Shown: in pieces, positions 1 to 8,781 of the stretch | Layout of the letters: each line of letters begins with the position of its first letter | How positions within the stretch are numbered: the stretch's first letter is position 1 | From: an uncultured Gemmatimonadales bacterium | GTDB lineage: Bacteria > Gemmatimonadota > Gemmatimonadetes > Longimicrobiales > Gaopeijiaceae | Assembly: GCA_963823035.1 (NCBI GenBank) | Contig: CAWGKG010000002.1 | Location: 1-15,700 of the forward strand | Length of the DNA: 15,700 bases | Reading direction: 5' to 3' | The notes under the pieces: model-generated | What the model was told of the DNA's origin: nothing | Databases searched by the model: none | What the model saw: the letters and a program-made list of their open reading frames with translations, nothing else | Translations under genes and position numbers: made by a program

Positions 1-848
1 GCGGCCGGACTCGGCCGGGAGTCCGTCCGCCGTGCAGGCGGAGGCGTGCTGCGCAACGAACGCTGGCTCGTCGAAGCACGCGCACGATCATCGGCTCGGC
101 GTTGGCGCCCGCGCTCGGCTTCGTCCCCCGTCCGGACCAGAAGCGGTGGGGCGGTCAGCTCGGCTCACCCCGCGCTTCGAGACGAGCCGGTGGGCGCGCC
201 AGTTCCAGATCTTCCTGCAGGGCAACCACATCACCGGGATGGACGACCGCAAGCAGTCGGACTTCCGGCGAATCCAGTCAGGCTGGGCTTCCAACGGGCG
301 ATGTGCTGAACTTCGAGGTGTCTGAGCGCTTCGAGCGGCTGGAGGCGCTGGCGGCCATCCAGGGTCGGACGCTCCCCGCGGGTGACTATACCTTCCGCTT
401 CCTCTCCGGCGGCGCGCGCACGAGCGACAGCCGCACGCTGTCGGGGAACGTGAGCTGGTCGGTCGGTGACTTCTGGTCGGGCACGCGCACGAGCCTCGGC
501 GGTGGCGTCACCTGGAAGTCCGGGCCGCGCCTCACGCTCGGGCTCGGCCTCGACCACAACGACGTCTCCTTCCCCGTGCCCGGCGGTGACTTCACCACGA
601 ACGTGCTCAGCCTGGACGTGCTCGCCGCCGCTAGCCGGAAGCTCTTCGCGAACGCGCTCGTCCAGTGGGACGACGTGTCCAACACGCTGCAGGCGAACGT
701 GCGCGTCGACTGGATCCACACGCCCGGCAGCGACCTCTTCGTGGTGGTCGACACGGGCTACCTGACCGGCGCGCTCGACGATCCCCGCGACGTCCGCTGG
801 CAGCGGCGCACCGGCGTGGTGAAGCTCACCTGGCTGAAAGCGTTCTAG
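1..848 (+). CDS. 3' part of a DUF5916-like outer-membrane beta-barrel protein (partial at window edge; about five apparent 1-nt deletions in 1-300)
   Basis: From ~294 the frame of ORF 102..848 reads TGDVLNFEVSERFERL...LVQWDDVSNTLQANVRVDWIHTPGSDLFVVVD...VVKLTWLKAF*. It has alternating amphipathic beta-strands, a PGSDLFVV motif typical of DUF5916-type proteins and a terminal Phe (BAM signal). Upstream protein-like segments (VLRNERWLVEA, IIGSALAPALGFVPRPDQKRWGGQLG, TPRFETSRWARQFQIFLQGNHIT, RLGFQ) lie in successive frames. Confidence 0.7.
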   Translation, partial: GRTRPGVRPPCRRRRAAQRTLARRSTRTIIGSALAPALGFVPRPDQKRWGGQLGSPRASRRAGGRASSRSSCRATTSPGWTTASSRTSGESSQAGLPTGDVLNFEVSERFERLEALAAIQGRTLPAGDYTFRFLSGGARTSDSRTLSGNVSWSVGDFWSGTRTSLGGGVTWKSGPRLTLGLGLDHNDVSFPVPGGDFTTNVLSLDVLAAASRKLFANALVQWDDVSNTLQANVRVDWIHTPGSDLFVVVDTGYLTGALDDPRDVRWQRRTGVVKLTWLKAF

Positions 849-854
849 TCGATT

Positions 855-883
855 CCGCGGCGGCCGGGCGAGGCCACCCGCGG
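855..883. terminator. GC-rich hairpin between convergent genes, possible bidirectional terminator or stabilising stem
   Basis: CCGCGG(855-860)-C-GGCC-GGGCGA-GGCC-AC-CCGCGG(878-883) fills most of the 36-bp gap between the stops ending at 848 and 885. No U-tract. Confidence 0.35.
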
Positions 884-884
884 T

Positions 885-2555
885 TCAGCGCTCCACCTGC
901 CTCGGGATCACGTAGAAGCTCGGATCGACGGAGAAGTCCGCGGCACCGACGCCGACGTTCGTGTCCTGCCACTTCTGCGTCGGCCGGATCCACGCGTACG
1001 CACCGGACTGCAGGGTGACCCGCACCGGCATCGCGAAGCCGTCGACCACCTCCGCCCAGCGGTAGGAGAGCTTGCCGCCCTCGATCCGCCACTCGAGCAC
1101 GGGGAGCATCGTGGTGCGCAGGTACTCGTCGAAGACCTTCGACAGGTCGACGCCCGACTCCCTCGACATGTACTGCTCGACCTGCGCGCTGGAGACGGTC
1201 TGGTGCCAGAACGTCTCGTTCAGGCCGCGCAGGATGTCCCGCCACTTCGCGTCGTCGTCGACGAGCTGGCGGATCGTGTGCAGCATGTTGCCGCCCTTGT
1301 AGTACTTGTCGCCCGAGCCCTCGTCGTTCACGCCGTAGGCGCCGACGATCGGGCGGTCGTTCTGCACACGGGCGCGCGTGCCGATCACGTACTCGGCGCC
1401 GGCCTCCTTCGAGCCGGTCTGGCACTCGATGTACAGGTTCTCCGCGTAGTTGGCGAAGCTCTCGTGGATCCACATGTCGGCGGCGTCCTTCATGGTGATG
1501 TTGTTGCCCCACCACTCGTGCGCGCTCTCGTGCACGATGATGAAGTCCCACGAGAGGCCCTGCCCGGTGCCCGACAGGTCCGTGCCGCGGTAGCCGTTCG
1601 CGTAGCCGTTGCCGTACGCGACCGCGCTCTGGTGCTCCATCCCCAGGTGGGGCGCCTCCAGGAGCTTGTAGCCGTCCTCGTACCAGGGGTACGGCCCGAA
1701 CCAGTGCTCGAAGCACTTCATCATGGTGCGCGCCTGCGTCCACTGGCGGCGCGCGGCGACCTCGTTGGCCGCCAGCGGCCAGAAGTCCATGGTGAGCGTG
1801 CCGCGCTCGCCCTCGAACAGCTCCCGCCAGTGCGCGTAGGCTCCGGCGTTCACGGAGATGCTGTAGTTGTTGATGGGAGACGACACGAACCACGTGTACG
1901 TCGACGTGCCGTCGTCGTTGGTCGTGGTCGAGCGCAGCCGTCCGTTCGAGACGTCCACCATGGGCGTCGGGACGGTCACGGCGACGCGCTGGCTGTCGGG
2001 CTCGTCGCCTCCCCAGTCCTTGTTCGGCCACCACACGCTCGCGCCCAATCCCTGGTTGGCGGTGGACACCCACCGGTTGCCCAGGCTGTCGCGCCGCCAG
2101 ATGTAGCCTCCGTCCCACGGCGGGCGCATGGCGGCGCGCGGCTTCCCCGCGTAGAAGACGGTGACCGTGTGCGTCTCCCCCGGCTGCTGCCGGCCGGGGA
2201 GGCTCACGAAGAAGGCGTTGCCGTCCCGCCGGTAGGTGAGCTTGGCGCCCTGCTGCTTCATGCTGTCGACCCGCATCGGCTCCTGCAGGTCGATCTGCAT
2301 CTCGCTCCCCGGCTGGAGCACGCGGTACACGATCTCGTTCCACCCCGCGATGGTCGAGTCCGCCGGGCTGACCGCGACCTGCAGGTCGTAGAAGGTCACG
2401 TCCCACCACGAGCGCGCCGGACCGTTCGTGCCGCGCAGCGTGTCTGCGTGCGTGAACACCTGCTGCCGCTGGGCGGAAGCCGGCTGCACCGCCGCCGCGG
2501 CGAGGGAGGCGACGAGGAGGAGGAAGAGCGTGCGGGGAACGGTGCGGCGACCCAT
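885..2555 (-). CDS. Exported M1 family zinc aminopeptidase
   Basis: Zinc motif HESAH-x18-E (HESAHEWWGNNITMKDAADMWIHE), exopeptidase-motif variant LGMEH, catalytic-Tyr region YYKGG, and WWPNKD/VSNGRL segments. ATG at 2555 with GGAG 5 nt upstream; signal peptide MGRRTVPRTLFLLLVASLAAAAVQPASA|Q. Confidence 0.93.
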   Translation of the reverse strand: MGRRTVPRTLFLLLVASLAAAAVQPASAQRQQVFTHADTLRGTNGPARSWWDVTFYDLQVAVSPADSTIAGWNEIVYRVLQPGSEMQIDLQEPMRVDSMKQQGAKLTYRRDGNAFFVSLPGRQQPGETHTVTVFYAGKPRAAMRPPWDGGYIWRRDSLGNRWVSTANQGLGASVWWPNKDWGGDEPDSQRVAVTVPTPMVDVSNGRLRSTTTNDDGTSTYTWFVSSPINNYSISVNAGAYAHWRELFEGERGTLTMDFWPLAANEVAARRQWTQARTMMKCFEHWFGPYPWYEDGYKLLEAPHLGMEHQSAVAYGNGYANGYRGTDLSGTGQGLSWDFIIVHESAHEWWGNNITMKDAADMWIHESFANYAENLYIECQTGSKEAGAEYVIGTRARVQNDRPIVGAYGVNDEGSGDKYYKGGNMLHTIRQLVDDDAKWRDILRGLNETFWHQTVSSAQVEQYMSRESGVDLSKVFDEYLRTTMLPVLEWRIEGGKLSYRWAEVVDGFAMPVRVTLQSGAYAWIRPTQKWQDTNVGVGAADFSVDPSFYVIPRQVER

Positions 2556-2598
2556 GGAGACTCCGTCGTAGGTGGGGCGGGGCGGCCTGCCCGATCTC

Positions 2599-2604
2599 AA
2601 GCTA
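2599..2604 (-). promoter_or_regulatory. Candidate -10 element (TAGCTT) for the M1 peptidase gene
   Basis: TAnnnT hexamer in an otherwise very GC-rich spacer, 43 nt upstream of the ATG. The same hexamer occurs upstream of the S46 gene. Confidence 0.3.
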
Positions 2605-2645
2605 CGAGGCGGGCCGGGACACGCCAGGGAAGCGCGCGGGTGGCG

Positions 2646-2690
2646 CCGTGGATCGCACGGGGGCCGGCCGGCCTCGCTCCGGCCGGACCC
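2646..2690. terminator. Tandem hairpins downstream of the S46 gene
   Basis: CCGTG-GATCG-CACGG (2646-2660) and CCGGCCGG-CCTCGCT-CCGGCCGG (2664-2686), about 30 nt after the S46 stop. No U-tract. Confidence 0.3.
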
Positions 2691-2718
2691 ACCGCGCAGG
2701 GGGGACCACCACTCGTGG

Positions 2719-4823
2719 CTACCGCCGGACGCCTTGCAGCTCGTCGGCGATGTGCGCCGCGTCGTAGACCCGACGCAGCGCCTCGGTGAGCGCCATGGAG
2801 TGCACGCTCACGCACCGCGACACCTCGTCCGTGAAGATGAAGCGGTTGGGGAGCATCTCGATGTTGCCGTCGAACACCAGGCCCACGACCTCGCCGGCCC
2901 GGTTCACGACCGGACTGCCCGAGTTGCCACCGATGATGTCGGCGGTGGACACGAAGTCGAAGGGGGTGTCCAGGTCGAGTTCGTGCTCGTGCGCCCGCCA
3001 CCGTGCCGGCACCTCGAAGGGCGGCTTGTCGTCGAACTCGGAGGCGCGGGCGAAGAGCCCGTAGAAGCTCGTCTTGTACGGCGCGATGGTCCCGTTCATC
3101 GGGAAGCCCTTCACCACGCCGTCGCTGATGCGCAGCGTGAAGGTGGCGTCGGGCGGCAGGGCCGTGCCGTACGCGGCGAAGATGGCCTGGCCGAGCTTCT
3201 CGGACTGGGCCGAGACCACCGCGTTGAGCTGCGCCGCGCGCCGCATGTAGCCGTTCGCGACCGGCTCGAGCTCCCGCACGGCCTGCACCATCGGGTCGGC
3301 GCACCCGTCCACGGCGGCGACGCCGCCCTCGACGAGCGAGGCGCGCGCGCCGCGGCGTCCTTCAGCTCGCTCGCGCCCACCAGCGCGGCGGCCGCGGCCT
3401 CCGGCGTGCGGCCCTTCAGGAGGGCCCGCACCAGCGTGTCGTCCGCGCCGAGCGCGTCGCGCGCCGCCGTCAGCCAGGAGGCGAGCTGCATGCGCTCCAC
3501 CTCCGCGTCGATCGGCTGGTCGCGCAGGAGGGCGCGGCGCGCCCGATCCAGCCCCTCGCCCTGGAAGGCGGGAAGCCGCTGCGCCTCCGGGAGCGCGGCC
3601 TGGCGCGCGACCCGCACGAGGTTGACCGCATAGCCCATCAGGGTCGAGCCGTTCATCGCGTAGTAGCGCGCCTGCGTCGCGAAGGTGGCCAGCTCGAGCT
3701 GCGCGTCCGCGATGGCGTCCCACGGGTTGCCGAAGCGCTCGGCGAGCACGGGGTCCGTCTCGATGCGCGCCCGGAAGTCGTGCTCGAATGCCTCCTTGCG
3801 GGCCATGATCGACGCGTCGAGCAGGCCGTCGAGGTAGCCGCGCGTCGCCTTCTTGGAGTTCTCGATCCCGAAGATGGTGTTCTCGTAGCGACGGGCAGCC
3901 TCGGCGCTCTTGCCGGAGAGCGCGTACAGCACGTCGAGGCGCCGCTGGTAGTCCGCGAGGCGGGCCGGGTAGTCCACGTCGCGCAGGTACTCCATCTGGG
4001 CCAGCGTGAGCAGCCGACCCGTCGAACCCGGGTTGCCGACCACGAAGACGGGCTCGCCGTCCGCGGCGCCCGCCTGGCTCCACGACAGGAAGTGCTCCGG
4101 GTGGAACGGCTGGCCGTTCCGATAGACGCGCAGGAAGGAGACGTCCAGGTCATAGCGCGGATACGTGAAGTTGTCGTAGTCGCCGCCGTAGTACGCCGTC
4201 TGCGAGCTCCGGCGCCATGACCAGGCGCAGGTCGTCGTAGCGGTGGTACGGTAGAGCGAGTACATCGCGCCGTTGTAGAAGGCCACCACCTGGCAGCGCT
4301 CCCCGGAAGCCTCGCACGCGCCGCGCAGCGATTCGATGGCGGCGTCACGCTGGGCCACCTGCTCGGCGTCCGTACGCGCCGTCACGCCCGCGCGCACCTT
4401 CGCGGTCACGTCCTCGATGGACACCAACTGGTCCACGTACAGCCCCGGACAGCGCGGCTCCTCCGCTCTCGTCGCGGCCACGAACCCGTCCTGCAGGTAG
4501 TCGTGCTCGGGTGTGGAGACCGCGTCGATGCAGGCGCGGGCGCAGTGATGGTTCGTCATCACCAGCCCGTCCTTCGAGACGAAGGAGGAGGAGCAGCCGG
4601 GAAGCCGGATCGCGGAGAGCCGCAGGTGGTCGAGCCAGGACTGGCTCGCCTCGAAGTCGTAGCGCGTCTTCCAGTACTCGAGCGGCGGCGCGTCGAACGT
4701 CCACATCGTGCCGAACTCCGGCACGGATCCAGGCGCCACGACGGCCGTCTGCTGCGCCCACGCCGACGCCGCCGGCGCCGACAGGAGCAGCAGGAGCACG
4801 AGGCGCACATGTGAGTGCTTCAT
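2719..4823 (-). CDS. Exported S46 family dipeptidyl-peptidase (DPP7/DAP BII type), with indels at ~4250, ~4204 and ~3345
   Basis: N-part in ORF 3111..5045 from ATG 4823 (GGAGG upstream; signal ...ASAWA|QQ): [27 protein letters not shown] (catalytic His), [22 protein letters not shown] (Asp), [11 protein letters not shown]-part in ORF 2719..4083: [29 protein letters not shown] (Ser), GLVFDGN. The two halves join in the GC dinucleotide run at 3340-3350. Confidence 0.92.
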
Positions 4824-4983
4824 CGGAGGCCCTCCCTGAGAATGCCCTGATCGCTGGACGTCGGGATGGCCGCACCAAGCGAGGCGCGGGCGCCGGATCC
4901 GTCGGAGGGGAGGGGCTCCAGGTGCGGAGCAGGGCGCGGGCGCTCCCGGACCGGACTCGATCCGGGCACCACCCGACCCGAGA

Positions 4984-4989
4984 AAGCTA
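4984..4989 (-). promoter_or_regulatory. Candidate -10 element (TAGCTT) for the S46 gene
   Basis: Lies in the only AT-rich patch (AGAAAGCTAA, 4981-4990) of the 4824-5057 spacer; identical to the hexamer at 2599-2604. Confidence 0.3.
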
Positions 4990-5060
4990 ACCCGGGGGCC
5001 CGGGAAGGGGAGGCCCCGGGCCGATCGGCGGCGGGCGGGCATCACCCGACCCCCGGGTTA
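4988..5060. repeat. Inverted repeat TAACCCGGGGG ... CCCCCGGGTTA
   Basis: Perfect 11-bp arms at 4988-4998 and 5050-5060, extendable inward with a mismatch (CCCGGG vs TCGGG). The right arm contains the TAA stop of the 252-aa gene. Confidence 0.6.
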
Positions 5061-5816
5061 CACCCGGCCGCGCACGACCCGGCGGAAGACCTCGAGCGCG
5101 CCCCGGACCCGCTCCGGCGGCGCGCCGATGAGCCGCTCCCAGGCGTCGAGATGCTCTTCACGGCGGCGCAGGAGCATCTCCATGATGCCCTCCACCGCGC
5201 GCTGCAGCGCCGGCGCGGCCAGGTTCATCTTCTGCCACATGGCCGCGAGGATCTGGAGGGAGGCGCGGTCCTGCTCGACCAGATCGAACAGCTCGTCGTC
5301 GGAGAAGAACGGCCCGACCACGGCGGCGCGCAGACAGATCGTGACCAGCTCCGTCACGTTGTCGTCCATGGCGCGCAACAGCACCTTCTGCGACCGGAGC
5401 TGCAGGACCTTCCCCAGGTAGGCCATCAGCGGATGGACGGCGGCGCCGAGGCGGTCCAGCACCACCTCACGGGCCTCCCGGAGGTCGAGGTAGAGCCGGT
5501 CGTAGTGCTCGTCCATCAGCCGGACCTTCTCGGAGAGGTCGCGGCTGATCCAGTCGTAGCCGACCAGGTCCTCGAAGAGCGCCACGTCGTACAGGCTGTG
5601 GCCCACCTCGCGGGCGATGCGGCGCGGCGTGACCAGCAGCGACTCACCGGAGGTGGTCGTGATGCGGGCGGCCGTGCCGCCGTCCCCCACGAGGTCGACG
5701 TCACGGCCCGGGTCGGGAACGAGCGCGACGTTCAGCCCCGGCCGCTTCTCCATCGCGGCGCGGAAGATGACCACGAGCTGTTCCGTGAGCAGGACGTCCA
5801 GCAGCATCGACGACAT
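5058..5816 (-). CDS. Hypothetical protein, 252 aa, probably cytoplasmic and mostly alpha-helical
   Basis: Normal protein composition (Leu/Val/Glu/Asp/Arg-rich) and strong G/C third positions. It fills the gap between the S46 and S9 genes without overlap. No signal peptide or recognised motif. Confidence 0.82.
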   Translation of the reverse strand: MSSMLLDVLLTEQLVVIFRAAMEKRPGLNVALVPDPGRDVDLVGDGGTAARITTTSGESLLVTPRRIAREVGHSLYDVALFEDLVGYDWISRDLSEKVRLMDEHYDRLYLDLREAREVVLDRLGAAVHPLMAYLGKVLQLRSQKVLLRAMDDNVTELVTICLRAAVVGPFFSDDELFDLVEQDRASLQILAAMWQKMNLAAPALQRAVEGIMEMLLRRREEHLDAWERLIGAPPERVRGALEVFRRVVRGRV

Positions 5817-5980
5817 GGCGACAGCCTACCCCGAACCCCCCCCGGAGATCATTGCCCGCCGCGTGCCGCGGGGCGACGTTCCCTCCGTTCGTTCGTGCCT
5901 CCGGGCGTAACGGGCCCCATCGCGGCCCAGCCCGGCGGCGCGTGTCGCTCGACCCGCAAACCCATTCAGGAGGGTCGGTC

Positions 5981-8773
5981 GTGGCCGCCCGCATCCGCTC
6001 CGTGGTACGTGTGCCGCGGATCTCCCTGCTTCTCCTCCTCCTCGCCTCCCCGGCGGTCGCCCAGCAGAAGCGGGCGCTCACCTTCACCGACCTCATGCAC
6101 GTCCGCCAGGTGGAGCGCCCCTCCATCTCCGCGGACGGCCACTGGATCGCCTTCACCGCCCGACCCGACCGCGGGGATCCCGAGGTGATCGTGCGCGCGA
6201 CGGACGGTGCGCAGCGGTGGTCCGTCGCCCTCGGCAGCGACGCCGTCATCTCCGCCGACGGCGCCTGGGTGGCCTTGCGCGTGAACCCGACGCTCGAGGC
6301 GACCGAGACCACGAAGGGTCCGGCCCCGCACCGCGGCATGGCGCTCCTTTCGACCGCCACGGGCGAGGCGACCCGCATCGACGACGTGCAGGCGTTCGCG
6401 TTCGCCAGGAGTGGTCGCTGGCTGGCCTACCACCGCTACGCCCCGCAGGCCGACTCGGCGAACGGCGAGCGGCGCGGGGGGTCCGGCGACAGCCGCAAGC
6501 CCGGCACGACGCTCGTGCTGCGCGACCTCCGTTCCGGCGCCGAGACGGAGATGGCCGACGTCCGCTCCTTCGCGTTCGACGAGGCCGGCACGCGCCTGGC
6601 CTACGCCGCCGCCTCGGCGGACAACGGCCGCGACGGGCTGTACGTGCGCACGCTGGACACCGGTGCGGACGCCACCATCGACGCCCGTCCCTTCGGCCAC
6701 TACGACGGGCTGACGTGGACGAAGGACGGAGCCTCGCTGGCCTTCGTCCGCGCCGAGGAGAACGAGAAGGGCGAGCCTGGCCACGGGGAGCTCATGGCGT
6801 GGAACGGCCGCGAGGCGACGCTCCTCGCCGCCGAGGCCGACGCCCCGCAGGGGTGGTTCATCCCCGCCGGGAGCGACCTGAGCTGGAGCGAGGATGGGGC
6901 GCGCCTCTTCTTCGGGTGGCGGCCCGAGCGCCCCGACGAGATCGAGGCGCGCATGGCCGCGACGGGAGGTGCCGAGGAGGGGGACGACGCCGACGTGCCC
7001 TTCGACCCGTACGACACCGACGCCATCCTGAAGACCCGGGGCGTGGACGTGTGGCACTGGATGGACCCGGTCATCAACTCGCAGCAGAAGATCCTCTGGA
7101 ACCGGGAGAAGGAGCGGACGTACCGCGCCGTCCACCACCTGGCGGACGGGCGTACCGTGGCGCTGGCCGACCCGGATCACCCGGACGTGGGCGTGCCCGA
7201 CAACGCGAAGGTCGCCCTGGGCCGCTCGGACGTGCCCTACCGCCGCGAGGCGACGTGGGACGGTGGCGGCGCCGACTACGACGTGGTCGCGCTCGCGGAC
7301 GGCACGCGCACGCCGGTGGTGGAGCACCTCGGCGGCCGCGCGACCCTGTCGCCGGGCGGCGGCTACGTGGCCTACTGGAAGGAGGGGAACTGGCACCTGT
7401 ACGACGTCGCGGCCCGCACCACGCGCAACGTCACCGGGAACCTCGGCGTGTCCTTCGCCGACGAGGACCACGATACCCCGGACGAGCCCGGCACCTACGG
7501 CCTCGGCGGGTGGACGGACGGGGATGCGGCGGTGCTCGTCTACGACAAGTTCGACATCTGGGTGGTGCCGACCGACGGGAAGAAGCGCCCGTGGGCGCTG
7601 ACCGAGGGCGCGGGCCGCCGCGACCGGCGCGAGTTCCGGGTCGTGGACACCGATCCCGAGACCGAGTGGATCGGCCCGAAGGACGAGCTGCTGCTCTCCT
7701 CCTACAACGATGTTCGGAAGAACTTCGGATTCTACGCCGCCCGCGTGGACCGGCCGGGCGCGCGCCGTCTGCTCGAGGAGGACAAGCGCTTCGTCTTCCA
7801 GGCCAAGGCGGACGACGCCGACCGGATCCTGTACACGCGCGAGGACTACGACGAATTCCCCGACCTGTGGATCGCGAAGTCCGACCTCTCCGACGCGCGC
7901 GAGGTAACGGACGTCAACCCGAACCTGGGTGAGTTCGCGTGGGGGACGTCCGAGCTGGTCGAGTGGAACAGCCTCGACGGGACGCCGCTCCAGGGCGTCG
8001 TCATCAAGCCCGGCAACTACGAGCCCGGCAAGCGCTATCCGGTCATCGTCTACTACTACGAGCTGTTCAGCCAGCGGCTGCACGAGTTCAACGAGCCGGC
8101 CGTGAACCACCGGCCGAGCTTCCCGCTGTACGCCTCGAACGGCTATGTGATCTTCCTGCCGGACGTGCGCTTCGAGGTCGGCCGGCCCGGCCTGTCGGCC
8201 ACCAAGGCCGTGGTCCCCGGCGTGCAGCACCTCATCGACATCGGGCTGGCCGACCCCGACGCCATCGCGCTGCACGGCCACTCGTGGAGCGGCTACCAGA
8301 CCGCGTTCGTGGTCACGCAGACCGACATCTTCAAGACGGCGATCACGGGGGCGCCCGTGTCGAACATGACGAGTGCCTACTCCGGGATCCGCTGGGGATC
8401 GGGGCTCGCCCGCCAGTTCCAGTACGAGAAGGGGCAGAGCCGCATGAGCGGGAGCCTGTGGGAGGCGCGCGACGAGTACATCGACAACTCCCCCGTCTTC
8501 TTCGCCGACCGCATCCACACGCCCATGCTCATCATCCAGGGCGACGAGGACGACGCCGTGCCCTGGTACCAGTCCATCGAGCTCTACCTGGCGCTGCGTC
8601 GCCTGGACAAGGAGGCGGTCTTCCTCGAGTACCGAGGGGAGCCGCACCACCCGCAGAAGTACGCCAACAAGCTCGACTGGGCGATCAAGATGAAGGAGTG
8701 GCTGGACTACTACCTGAAGGGGGCGCCGCCGGCCAAGTGGATCACGGACGGCGTGCCGTACACAGGGAGGTGA
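5981..8773 (+). CDS. Exported S9 (prolyl oligopeptidase clan) serine peptidase, beta-propeller plus alpha/beta hydrolase, ~930 aa
   Basis: Nucleophile elbow GHSWSG (~8276-8293), Asp in QGDEDDAVPW, His in GEPHHP; also YPVIVYYYE and AYSGIRWGSGLARQFQYEKGQSR. GTG at 5981 with AGGAGG at 5968-5973; signal ...SLLLLLLASPAVA|QQ; N-terminal PSISADGHWIAF-type propeller repeats. Confidence 0.93.
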   Translation: MAARIRSVVRVPRISLLLLLLASPAVAQQKRALTFTDLMHVRQVERPSISADGHWIAFTARPDRGDPEVIVRATDGAQRWSVALGSDAVISADGAWVALRVNPTLEATETTKGPAPHRGMALLSTATGEATRIDDVQAFAFARSGRWLAYHRYAPQADSANGERRGGSGDSRKPGTTLVLRDLRSGAETEMADVRSFAFDEAGTRLAYAAASADNGRDGLYVRTLDTGADATIDARPFGHYDGLTWTKDGASLAFVRAEENEKGEPGHGELMAWNGREATLLAAEADAPQGWFIPAGSDLSWSEDGARLFFGWRPERPDEIEARMAATGGAEEGDDADVPFDPYDTDAILKTRGVDVWHWMDPVINSQQKILWNREKERTYRAVHHLADGRTVALADPDHPDVGVPDNAKVALGRSDVPYRREATWDGGGADYDVVALADGTRTPVVEHLGGRATLSPGGGYVAYWKEGNWHLYDVAARTTRNVTGNLGVSFADEDHDTPDEPGTYGLGGWTDGDAAVLVYDKFDIWVVPTDGKKRPWALTEGAGRRDRREFRVVDTDPETEWIGPKDELLLSSYNDVRKNFGFYAARVDRPGARRLLEEDKRFVFQAKADDADRILYTREDYDEFPDLWIAKSDLSDAREVTDVNPNLGEFAWGTSELVEWNSLDGTPLQGVVIKPGNYEPGKRYPVIVYYYELFSQRLHEFNEPAVNHRPSFPLYASNGYVIFLPDVRFEVGRPGLSATKAVVPGVQHLIDIGLADPDAIALHGHSWSGYQTAFVVTQTDIFKTAITGAPVSNMTSAYSGIRWGSGLARQFQYEKGQSRMSGSLWEARDEYIDNSPVFFADRIHTPMLIIQGDEDDAVPWYQSIELYLALRRLDKEAVFLEYRGEPHHPQKYANKLDWAIKMKEWLDYYLKGAPPAKWITDGVPYTGR

Positions 8774-8781
8774 AGGGCCGC

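Noticed and set aside
3335..3356. Programmed ribosomal frameshift in the S46 gene
   Set aside because: No X_XXY_YYZ slippery heptamer or other recoding signal; I know of no recoding in S46 genes; other indels in the window point to sequence error.
2719..4823. Calling the S46 gene a decayed pseudogene
   Set aside because: The catalytic triad, signal peptide and codon bias are intact, with no in-frame stops along the repaired path. It cannot be fully excluded without reads.
4824..5045. N-terminal extensions in the ORF track (to 5045 for S46; likewise 2600, 5852, 8880, 12911, 15693)
   Set aside because: The downstream starts have SD motifs and put the signal peptide or first hydrophobic segment at the N-terminus; the extensions are low-complexity translations of intergenic DNA.
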